From a virus: a stretch of 64,000 nt of DNA. The DNA lies in IMG/VR virus record IMGVR_UViG_3300032288_005579, one strand, 5' to 3'. The stretch's first letter is position 1, and each line of letters begins with the position of its first letter. Below, piece after piece: positions 1 to 7,963 of this stretch. The notes beneath the pieces are model-generated. The model did not search any database. It worked only from the letters and a program-made list of their open reading frames with translations, and was not told the DNA's origin. Position numbers and translations under genes: made by a program.

Positions 1-2
1 AG

Positions 3-407
3 AATGCCGGTATGGTCCCAGGTTTTACCATGACTCATAAATCGAGACCGCTTGTCATAGAAAGGTTAAGAGATTTTGTGGAGAATAAAGTTTGTTCGAT
101 AAGATCGGTTAGACTACTTGAAGAGCTTAGAGTCTTTATTTGGAAAAACGGAAAGCAACAAGCCATGCAGGGTTACAACGACGATTTAGTAATATCGTTT
201 GCTACTGCTATGTATCTTAGAGAAACTTCTTTGAGATTTAAGAAAACCATGGACAATTTAACTGTGGCGACCTTGAACAGCTACAATAAATCGAGTACTC
301 AACAAACTACATATTTAAATACATACACCAACCAATCTAATCCATGGCAATTGAGTTACTACACGGCTAATGGAGAACAAAAAGAGGATCTAACGTGGCT
401 AATATAA
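3..407 (+). CDS. Terminase large subunit, C-terminal nuclease end (5' partial)
   Basis: Frame is open from position 3. GFTMT..SRPLVI..L and GYNDDLVISFA resemble the terminase RNase H-like nuclease end (xHDDLVMA-type motif). Lies directly upstream of the portal. Confidence 0.85.
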   Translation, partial: NAGMVPGFTMTHKSRPLVIERLRDFVENKVCSIRSVRLLEELRVFIWKNGKQQAMQGYNDDLVISFATAMYLRETSLRFKKTMDNLTVATLNSYNKSSTQQTTYLNTYTNQSNPWQLSYYTANGEQKEDLTWLI

Positions 408-413
408 TACAAA

Positions 414-2345
414 ATGGCAGAAAACAATAACATACAAACAAATTTATTTGGCGTTCTAAGGAGATTATTTTCTACTGACGTTATCATTCGTAACGAAGGC
501 GGAGGAATGGTAAAGGTCTTAGACTCAGAAAGAATACAAACAAGCGGTGTACTACAACACAATAGTTTAATAGACAGGTTCAATAAAGTATACACCACGT
601 CTACGGCGTACGGTGTTAACATGAACTTAGCGCAAAACTACCAATCTGCAAGGATACAGATATATGCAGATTACGACGCCATGGACACAGACGCCATAGT
701 TTCATCCGCGTTAGATATCATAGCAGACGAGTGTACACTTAAGAACGAACAGGGCGAGGTGCTCCAAATAAAGTCCTCAGACGAGAATATACAAAAGTTA
801 CTTTACAACCTATTTTACTCTGTATTGAACATAGAATTTACGCTGTGGTCGTGGATCAGAAACATGTGTAAGTACGGAGATTTTTATCTTAAACTAGAGA
901 TCGCAGAGAAATATGGTGTCTATAACGTAATCCCGTTCTCAGCGTATAACATAGTTAGACAAGAGGGATTCAATAAAAACAATCCCGCTGAAGTCAGATT
1001 CAAGTACGATCCCAATGCATCGTTAGCCATATCTTCAGGAGCTTATTCCACAGCGTTTAACAACCAAGACGTGGGAGTTTTCTTTGAGAACTATGAAATG
1101 GCGCACTTTCGTTTGACAGGTGACGTTAACTACTTACCTTACGGTCGTTCCTATTTGGAACCTGCTCGTAAGCTGTTCAAGCAGTACGTGTTGATCGAAG
1201 ACGCGATGTTGATTCACCGTATCGTTCGTGCACCGGAGCGTCGCATATTTTATGTGAACGTTGGGGCCATTCCCCCTGGAGAAGTCGAAAACTTCATGCA
1301 ACGCATGATTTCCAAGATGAAAAAGACCCCTCTCGTAGATCCTCAGACAGGTCAGTATAATCTTAAGTATAATGTGCAAAACATGTTAGAAGATTACTTC
1401 ATACCAGTTAGAGGTAACGATCAATCCACAAAGATAGATACAGCAAAGGGATTAGAATACAACGGTATCGAAGACGTAGCTTACTTTAGGGAAAAACTTT
1501 TCGCGGCTCTTAAGATACCTAAGGCTTTCATGGGCTACGAGAAAGACTTGACGGGTAAAGCAACGCTTGCGGCTGAAGACATTAGATTTGCTAGAACTGT
1601 AGAGAGAATACAGAGAATCATAGTATCAGAACTCACAAAGATAGGTTTGATACACTTATATGCCCACGGATATACCAACGAATCCGCTGCAAATTTCACA
1701 CTATCTCTGACTAATCCATCTATCATATACGATCAAGAGAGAATTGCGCTGTTCAAAGAGAAGATCGACTTGGCGAACCAAGCAATGGAATCCAGACTTT
1801 TGCCTAAGGACTTTATTTATGACAAGATATTCCACTTCTCGGAAGATCAATACGCTGAAATGGAACAGCAAATAGTAGAAGATCAAAAGCGAATGTTCAG
1901 ATACGAACAGATAAAGGCAGAAGGCAACGATCCTGCAGAAACAGGTCAAGCGTTCGGAACTCCTCACCAGTTGGCAGGTCTATACGGAGGTAAAGGTGAT
2001 ATGACATTGGACGTTCCAACTGGATACGATGAGAACAAACCTGAAGAAGAATACGAAAGCCCAGGTCGTCCTCAAAAATATAAATCTACGAAAGGCACAG
2101 ATAAAGCAGCATTTGGTAGAGATCCTATAGGAAGAGCTGGGGTAAAGAGCAACGCAGAGACTGGGGAAGATAAAATTACTCCCGAATATAGACCCGCAGC
2201 TCTTACTTTAGAAAATACCAATCAGGAGTATCTAAAAAACAAGACACTATTGGATGCCATGAATCTTAAAATACGAAGAAAAGTGAACCTTTTCGAACAA
2301 CCAGACGTATTGAACGAGAATAACATCATAGACGATCAGGATTAA
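414..2345 (+). CDS. gp20: Portal protein, T4 gp20-like
   Basis: YGRSYLEPARK, IHRIVRAPERRIFYVNVG and EDYFIPVRG..TKIDT..G match gp20-family motifs. Position follows the terminase. Confidence 0.93.
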   Translation: MAENNNIQTNLFGVLRRLFSTDVIIRNEGGGMVKVLDSERIQTSGVLQHNSLIDRFNKVYTTSTAYGVNMNLAQNYQSARIQIYADYDAMDTDAIVSSALDIIADECTLKNEQGEVLQIKSSDENIQKLLYNLFYSVLNIEFTLWSWIRNMCKYGDFYLKLEIAEKYGVYNVIPFSAYNIVRQEGFNKNNPAEVRFKYDPNASLAISSGAYSTAFNNQDVGVFFENYEMAHFRLTGDVNYLPYGRSYLEPARKLFKQYVLIEDAMLIHRIVRAPERRIFYVNVGAIPPGEVENFMQRMISKMKKTPLVDPQTGQYNLKYNVQNMLEDYFIPVRGNDQSTKIDTAKGLEYNGIEDVAYFREKLFAALKIPKAFMGYEKDLTGKATLAAEDIRFARTVERIQRIIVSELTKIGLIHLYAHGYTNESAANFTLSLTNPSIIYDQERIALFKEKIDLANQAMESRLLPKDFIYDKIFHFSEDQYAEMEQQIVEDQKRMFRYEQIKAEGNDPAETGQAFGTPHQLAGLYGGKGDMTLDVPTGYDENKPEEEYESPGRPQKYKSTKGTDKAAFGRDPIGRAGVKSNAETGEDKITPEYRPAALTLENTNQEYLKNKTLLDAMNLKIRRKVNLFEQPDVLNENNIIDDQD

Positions 2346-2354
2346 ATATCTGTA

Positions 2355-2362
2355 TATTTATA
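2355..2362 (+). promoter_or_regulatory. TATTTATA intergenic motif (putative late promoter)
   Basis: 16 nt upstream of ATG 2379. One of about 14 intergenic copies. Confidence 0.65.
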
Positions 2363-2378
2363 GTTAGATCATAACGAA

Positions 2379-3242
2379 ATGACGATAAAGCACAGCAAAT
2401 ATCGTAACACTGCTATTCTTTTTGAATTGCTAGTGAGACAAACAACAGCAGATCTGTTGCAAAACAGAGACTCCAGGGCGGTGAAGATACTGAGAAAACA
2501 CTTCACGAACACAGAATTGGGTAAAGAATACGCCCTTTACACTTCCTTTAATACTATAGGAAGATTATCAGAATCAAAAGCCGAGATGTTTATCAACACT
2601 GTGTTGGAGCAAAGGAAGAAACTTAACGAAGATAGGCTTAAAAAAGAGAAATTTAACCTCATAAAGGAAATAAAGAACGTTTATGATATAGACGACTTCT
2701 TTAAAGCTAAGATAGACAACTATAAGACTTACGCCTCTGTATATACGCTCTTTGAATCCCAGAATAACAAGGCTTTTGTTGATAGTAAACAACTACTATT
2801 AAACAAAATAAACATAGTTGAACACATCGTCGGAGAAAATGCGAGCCAAAAACCGGCTTCTGCTACACTAGTGGAAGAATTCATGAAGGAAGACAAAGAG
2901 GTTCGTTTGTTGGCTTATAAACTTTTGGTTGAGAAGTTCAACGAAAAGTACTCGGATCTTTCAAAGAAACAAAAAGCTGTTTTAAAGGAGTACATAAACA
3001 ACATATCTGAAACCGAGAATCTCAAAGAGTTCATGAATAGAACCATAAAAGAGATAAAGTCTGAGCTCAGTAACATAAGCACCAAGATAAAAGATCCGGT
3101 GGTCAAGATAAAGCTTAACGAAACTATTAAGTTGTTGCATCCTATAAACAACAATCAGTTCGTTAAAGACGAAATAATAACAAGCGTTTTGCAATACTTG
3201 GATCTAATAGACGAGTTAAAACGTGTCTCTAATGAAAAATAA
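2379..3242 (+). CDS. Hypothetical helical protein in the head module
   Basis: 287-aa ORF between the portal and protease, predicted helical, no recognised motif. Confidence 0.75.
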   Translation: MTIKHSKYRNTAILFELLVRQTTADLLQNRDSRAVKILRKHFTNTELGKEYALYTSFNTIGRLSESKAEMFINTVLEQRKKLNEDRLKKEKFNLIKEIKNVYDIDDFFKAKIDNYKTYASVYTLFESQNNKAFVDSKQLLLNKINIVEHIVGENASQKPASATLVEEFMKEDKEVRLLAYKLLVEKFNEKYSDLSKKQKAVLKEYINNISETENLKEFMNRTIKEIKSELSNISTKIKDPVVKIKLNETIKLLHPINNNQFVKDEIITSVLQYLDLIDELKRVSNEK

Positions 3243-4305
3243 AAATAGTGACTTTAACGTCCAATTTGCCACTCAGAGGCTTCGTGAAAATGTTACGACC
3301 ACTGGAGGAGCAACAGCTACCGCCGGAACTGGCGAACAGTATTTTGCTAGGGGCAAAAAGATCAGAGAGACAATAAAGAAAGTAGATGGAAAATACGCTG
3401 TTTATCCCGAAAAGGGAGGAAGTAGATTGGGCACTCACGATACAAAAGAGAAAGCGCAAAAGCAACTAGCCGCAATAGAGATCAGCAAACAAAAGCACGA
3501 GGCTAAAGAACGCGGTACTGGAAAAGGCTTCATATATAAGGATCTTTGGGAGATGTTCACCGAAGAGGATGCGGATTTTAAAGAGGGAGACTCAGTAAAG
3601 ATACAAAAGAAAGGAAGTCCTCAAGACGGGAAGATAGGTAAGATAGTTTCCATCACAGAACCCGGTGCTTACAACATAGATTTCAACGGAAAGGTATACA
3701 CATTTCAAGAAACGGATTTTATCATCGACAAAAGCGCAGAAGATCAACCTGAAGAAACAGGAGAAAAGGGCGGAGAAGAAACTGCTGAAGAACCCGTTAG
3801 CGAGGGTTTAGGCACGCCTGGAATGAACGTAGGTACTGTTGGTCTGGGAGGTGGAAGAAAAGGTATCTATTTCATAACTGATAAGGGAAAATTTGTATAC
3901 GAACCCAATCCGTTAGAATACGAGGCCTTCGAAATATCAGGCAATAAGGTTCGAATGTTGTTAGCAAAATCATGGTTTCCTAAAGCGCAACCTTGGGAGG
4001 AAAAACCGAATCCGATGGCATCGCTCGGTCAGGGTAAAGGTCACCACATTGACGAGGAGTTGAACGAAAACTATTCGCGCTTTAAGAAAGAGACTAAGAC
4101 ACGCACCAACGAGCAACAGTTGCACGCGGCAATGAGACTCGCTGAGAAAAAGATACACGAGGCCAACAGGATCCTAGAGTACACTTCGCAATTGCGCGGT
4201 GAACTCAACGAGACCAAAGTAAATAAGAACATTAAAAGGATAATGGAAAAAATCACCATCGGTATCGCAGAAGCTTACAGTAAAATGAAACAAATCAAAA
4301 GATAA
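3232..4305 (+). CDS. Putative internal head protein
   Basis: ATG 3232 overlaps the previous stop and is preferred over TTG 3223. Low-complexity charged segments, a small KKVDGKYAVYPEKGGSRLGTHDTKEKAQKQLAAIE module and several L/V-x-E sites. Confidence 0.6.
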   Translation: MKNKNSDFNVQFATQRLRENVTTTGGATATAGTGEQYFARGKKIRETIKKVDGKYAVYPEKGGSRLGTHDTKEKAQKQLAAIEISKQKHEAKERGTGKGFIYKDLWEMFTEEDADFKEGDSVKIQKKGSPQDGKIGKIVSITEPGAYNIDFNGKVYTFQETDFIIDKSAEDQPEETGEKGGEETAEEPVSEGLGTPGMNVGTVGLGGGRKGIYFITDKGKFVYEPNPLEYEAFEISGNKVRMLLAKSWFPKAQPWEEKPNPMASLGQGKGHHIDEELNENYSRFKKETKTRTNEQQLHAAMRLAEKKIHEANRILEYTSQLRGELNETKVNKNIKRIMEKITIGIAEAYSKMKQIKR

Positions 4306-4317
4306 AATTATAAAATT

Positions 4318-4731
4318 ATGAACAACGACATAAAAAGAATGCAGAAGCTCGCAGGAATTTTGAGCGAAGGATTTTTTGGATTCGGTGGATCTAAAAAAGA
4401 CGGAGATAAAAAAGATTCCGGAAAAGAATCCGATGCCCTTGGAGGAAAAGATGTTAATCCCGATCAATTAGCTGTAGATAAGAAATATCGTTTCTACGGC
4501 TATCCCCAAAAGGAAAGGTCATCAGCCGCCAGTAAAAGTCCAGAAAAAGCTAAGAGCGAAGCATACTACTTAGCCAATGTCATCTTCGTAGCCAAAGATC
4601 CTGATTACGATGAATATAAATTCAAAATAGATACGGTTTATGATAGAAGACAGGGTGTGGAACCTGATAGAGGAACAAATATTGTTCTCAAAAACAACGA
4701 AGTTAAAGCGCTAATCAAAACCGCAGGATAA
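4318..4731 (+). CDS. Hypothetical, putative head-associated protein
   Basis: N-terminal IKRMQKLAGILSE resembles the scaffold C-terminus RWQKIAGIK and ends in an L-S-E site. Confidence 0.6.
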   Translation: MNNDIKRMQKLAGILSEGFFGFGGSKKDGDKKDSGKESDALGGKDVNPDQLAVDKKYRFYGYPQKERSSAASKSPEKAKSEAYYLANVIFVAKDPDYDEYKFKIDTVYDRRQGVEPDRGTNIVLKNNEVKALIKTAG

Positions 4732-4734
4732 AAG

Positions 4735-4872
4735 ATGGCCACAAAGACCAACAAAAAAGCCGGTATGAACATCGGTAAAATCAGTTTCGGAAAACGTCGC
4801 GAAGGGGTTGCAAAGAAAAATTGGGGCCCCAAAGAGGAAAGACCGAAAAAATATAGGGGACAAGGAAGATAA
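4735..4872 (+). CDS. 45-aa basic protein ending KKYRGQGR (below the ORF-track cutoff)
   Basis: Translated by hand: MATKTNKKAGMNIGKISFGKRREGVAKKNWGPKEERPKKYRGQGR. It fills the gap between flanking genes exactly. Confidence 0.75.
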   Translation: MATKTNKKAGMNIGKISFGKRREGVAKKNWGPKEERPKKYRGQGR

Positions 4873-4876
4873 CTGA

Positions 4877-4884
4877 TATTTATT
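4877..4884 (+). promoter_or_regulatory. TATTTATT intergenic motif
   Basis: Only 3 nt upstream of ATG 4888. Confidence 0.55.
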
Positions 4885-4887
4885 AGT

Positions 4888-5907
4888 ATGAAAAACATAA
4901 CGCACTTATACCAACAGTTGAACGAGGGCAAGATCAGCAAGGACTTCTTCATGAAGAACGCTCGCATGCAATTCCCGCAGTTCATCAGTCCCACACTATC
5001 ATTCAGGGACACTGTTAATGTTTTAAAGGGTAAGAGACTTATCCAAGAATCTCACACCATGACGGTGGATCAAGTCATAGACAGGTTAAATCCTTATCAT
5101 TTTAGAAGGGGCGTACAAAAAGAACTCGCAAAGATACAGGATCCGACAAGAGATGATGTTAGAAAGGTGAATGAGAAAGTCGCAAAGAGACTTCAAAAAG
5201 ATCCTATGACCTACGAGGATCAAATCTTCGCAAACGCAAAAGATATAGAAAAAAAGGACGATAAACTACAAACTGGTGAAGTTAAAGTCGGCACTCAAAG
5301 CGTTGACAAGAACAACGCCATGAAAGTTAAGAAGAAGCTTGAGTCCGCTAACACGCGCGCCACTAAGAAAGAGAACAAAAAAGGCAAACCCCGCGGAGTT
5401 AAGGTCATGACTTACAAGGCTAAGACCGCAAAAGGCATTTCCGAGACAATGCCCGCAACAGGTAAAGAGAAAGTACTTAAGGTTCTTCACGAAAATATGT
5501 ACGCTTCTGGCATTGCAACTCCACACAATTGGCACAGTGGAAAAGAAGTTAACACACCAAAAGGATTTGGTGTAGTTAAAGGGATTCACGGCGGCACTCT
5601 TGAGATCGAACTCAAAGACGGTGCGTTGGTAGAATACCAGATGAACATAGTTGAAAAGTACATGGATAAGGCCAAACAAGCAGATAACGCTTCTAACCAC
5701 GGTCAAGAAAAAGAGAACAACATTAAGGAAGTAACCAATTCTTTAAAAAATTTCGTTAAAAAATTGAAGGAAGTCATTCTTACCCAAACTAGTGGAGGTA
5801 AGAAGCAGATTGCAGTTGCAAAAAACCAAAAAAGCATATCTACATTACAAGGTGCTGGTTGGAAAGTGGAACCTGGAACGCAAGACGCTGAAATTCAAGG
5901 AAATTAA
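4888..5907 (+). CDS. Putative internal head protein (basic)
   Basis: Lys-rich central region with LNE, IQE, LHE, IKE and LKE sites. Directly upstream of the protease. Confidence 0.6.
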   Translation: MKNITHLYQQLNEGKISKDFFMKNARMQFPQFISPTLSFRDTVNVLKGKRLIQESHTMTVDQVIDRLNPYHFRRGVQKELAKIQDPTRDDVRKVNEKVAKRLQKDPMTYEDQIFANAKDIEKKDDKLQTGEVKVGTQSVDKNNAMKVKKKLESANTRATKKENKKGKPRGVKVMTYKAKTAKGISETMPATGKEKVLKVLHENMYASGIATPHNWHSGKEVNTPKGFGVVKGIHGGTLEIELKDGALVEYQMNIVEKYMDKAKQADNASNHGQEKENNIKEVTNSLKNFVKKLKEVILTQTSGGKKQIAVAKNQKSISTLQGAGWKVEPGTQDAEIQGN

Positions 5908-5908
5908 A

Positions 5909-6538
5909 ATGGCCAAAGAACTTCTGATAGAGTATTCGATATTCAAACCCCAAATGGGATTAAAAGAGGGGTTTCGAGCTTCCAACGGAAACATGGTCGT
6001 TAGCGGACAGGTGCAAGCGTGCGACAAGCCCAACGCAAACAAAAGAATATACCCATACGATACTCTAAAGAAACAGGTCGACCTATATTTAGACGGTCCG
6101 ATAAAAGAAAACAGGGCATTGGGTGAACTCGATCACCCTGAATCCTCAGTGATAAACTTAAAAAACGTTTCTCACATCATAAAGAACCTTTGGTGGGAGG
6201 ATAAAGATCTATACGGTACAGTGGAAGTTTTACCCACTCCCTCTGGAAACATACTCAAAGAGTTGTTCAAAAACAACATAACTGTTGGAATATCTTCGAG
6301 GGCACAGGGAAGCACCAGTCCCATAGGCGAAGGACTCGTTAAAGTAGAAGACGATCTAGAGATCATTTGTTGGGACTTCGTATCCCAGCCCTCTACTTAC
6401 GGTGCTTATATGAAACCTGTTTCTGGAATAAACGAATCCATAGATTACAATCAACGAATAGTAAATAACTACAGCAGAGCGAACGATCTGATGCGCAACA
6501 TAATTTGCGAAATGTCGGGTGTTTGTTGCGTGAAGTAA
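5909..6538 (+). CDS. gp21: Prohead core protease, T4 gp21-like
   Basis: PNANKRIYP, ALGELDHP, VGISSRAQGS and WDFVSQPS match gp21 His/Ser motifs. ATG 5909 follows the previous stop and is preferred over the ORF-track start 5792. Confidence 0.93.
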   Translation: MAKELLIEYSIFKPQMGLKEGFRASNGNMVVSGQVQACDKPNANKRIYPYDTLKKQVDLYLDGPIKENRALGELDHPESSVINLKNVSHIIKNLWWEDKDLYGTVEVLPTPSGNILKELFKNNITVGISSRAQGSTSPIGEGLVKVEDDLEIICWDFVSQPSTYGAYMKPVSGINESIDYNQRIVNNYSRANDLMRNIICEMSGVCCVK

Positions 6539-6560
6539 TCGTTTTTTTTTCAAGTGCGCA

Positions 6561-6568
6561 TATTTATG
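6561..6568 (+). promoter_or_regulatory. TATTTATG motif variant inside a predicted hairpin
   Basis: 89 nt upstream of the scaffold ATG and flanked by GCGCA/TGCGC arms. Confidence 0.5.
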
Positions 6569-6657
6569 GGTAAATGCGCGAATTTCTATTGTCGCGCTAT
6601 ACTATTTTTAACCCTATATCGTCTCAATTCTGAATAGACGATTAACGCACAAACAAG

Positions 6658-7938
6658 ATGGAAAAGAACATCTATCAACAAGCGATTCTTGACGCGAAAG
6701 CTATTCGTGCCAGTGCCATTGCGAACGCTAAAGCTAGTTTGCAAGAGGCTATCGAGCCGAAGATTCAAGAAATGATGCGTCTTAGACTTTCCGAAGAACT
6801 TGAAGAGGAGCTCGAAGAGGGCAACTACGAAGAGGGAATGAAACACGGGGAGATGGAAGAAGACGCTGTGAACGAAGCTTCTCTTGACGAGATCCTCGCC
6901 GAACTTGACGCCATGGAAGAAGGCAAAAAAGACATGGAAGAAGGTAAGGAGGAAATGGAAGAGGGCAAAGACGAAGAAAAAGTTGTAAAAGAAGCCGAAG
7001 ACGACGAAGAGCCAGCTGACGATGCCGAAGGCGAAGGTGAAGGCGATGATGCCGAAGCCGATGAGGAAGGCGGAGAAGAAGGCGAAGAAGGCGGCGAAGG
7101 CGAAGAAGGTGGTGAAGAGGAAGTCGACGATGACACCAAAGTGATTGACATCACTCTAGGTGACCTCAAGCAGATCCTACAATCCGTAATGGACGGTGAG
7201 GCTCAGGGCGAAGAGGACTTAGAGGCCGATATCGACATGCCGGGTGGAGAAGAAGGAGGCGAAGGCGAAGAAGCCGGCGCTGAAGCTCCCGAAGGCGGTG
7301 AAGGCGAAGAGGTTTCTCTTGACGAGATCCTTGCAGAACTCGAGAACGAAGGCTACGCTGGCGGAGCACAAACTGACAAAGCCGGCTCAGCAAAATTCCA
7401 AGAGGCTAAGGGTCACTCTGGGGGTGTATACACCAAAGGAGTTAAAGGCGTAAAAGAGGCCAAGAAAGATGACGAAGCGAAAGTCGAAGAGGGCAAGGGT
7501 CATTCCGGCGGCGTCTACACAAAAGGCGTTAAAGGTATGAAAGAAGCCAAGAAAGAGGACGAGAAGGATAAGAAAGAACTCGATGAGCTGAAGAAAGAGC
7601 TTAAAGAGGCCAAAAATGCTATCAAAGTCCTCAGCGAAAACATCAAAGAAGTCAACCTTCTGAATGCTAAGCTGCTTTTCATGAACAAGATTTTCAAAGC
7701 TAAGTCTCTTAACGAGTCTCAAAAAGTAAAAGTGATCAAAGCTTTTGATCGCGCTGGTTCTGTAAAAGAGGTGAAAAACGTGTACGAAACTTTGAAAGAG
7801 TCTTTGAATACAAAGTCTACGATTAAAGAATCTATCGGTTTCGCTTCGAAGCCCGCGGGTGTCGCCCCGGCAAAAGGCCCGATCGTTGAATCGGAAGCTT
7901 TTGTATCGCGTTGGCAAAAAATCGCTGGCATAAAGTAA
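6658..7938 (+). CDS. Prohead core scaffold protein (gp22-like role)
   Basis: Highly acidic low-complexity centre, coiled-coil C-terminus and many x-x-E sites. Lies between the protease and capsid genes. Confidence 0.82.
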   Translation: MEKNIYQQAILDAKAIRASAIANAKASLQEAIEPKIQEMMRLRLSEELEEELEEGNYEEGMKHGEMEEDAVNEASLDEILAELDAMEEGKKDMEEGKEEMEEGKDEEKVVKEAEDDEEPADDAEGEGEGDDAEADEEGGEEGEEGGEGEEGGEEEVDDDTKVIDITLGDLKQILQSVMDGEAQGEEDLEADIDMPGGEEGGEGEEAGAEAPEGGEGEEVSLDEILAELENEGYAGGAQTDKAGSAKFQEAKGHSGGVYTKGVKGVKEAKKDDEAKVEEGKGHSGGVYTKGVKGMKEAKKEDEKDKKELDELKKELKEAKNAIKVLSENIKEVNLLNAKLLFMNKIFKAKSLNESQKVKVIKAFDRAGSVKEVKNVYETLKESLNTKSTIKESIGFASKPAGVAPAKGPIVESEAFVSRWQKIAGIK

Positions 7939-7963
7939 TAAAAACAAAACCAATCACAAAACA

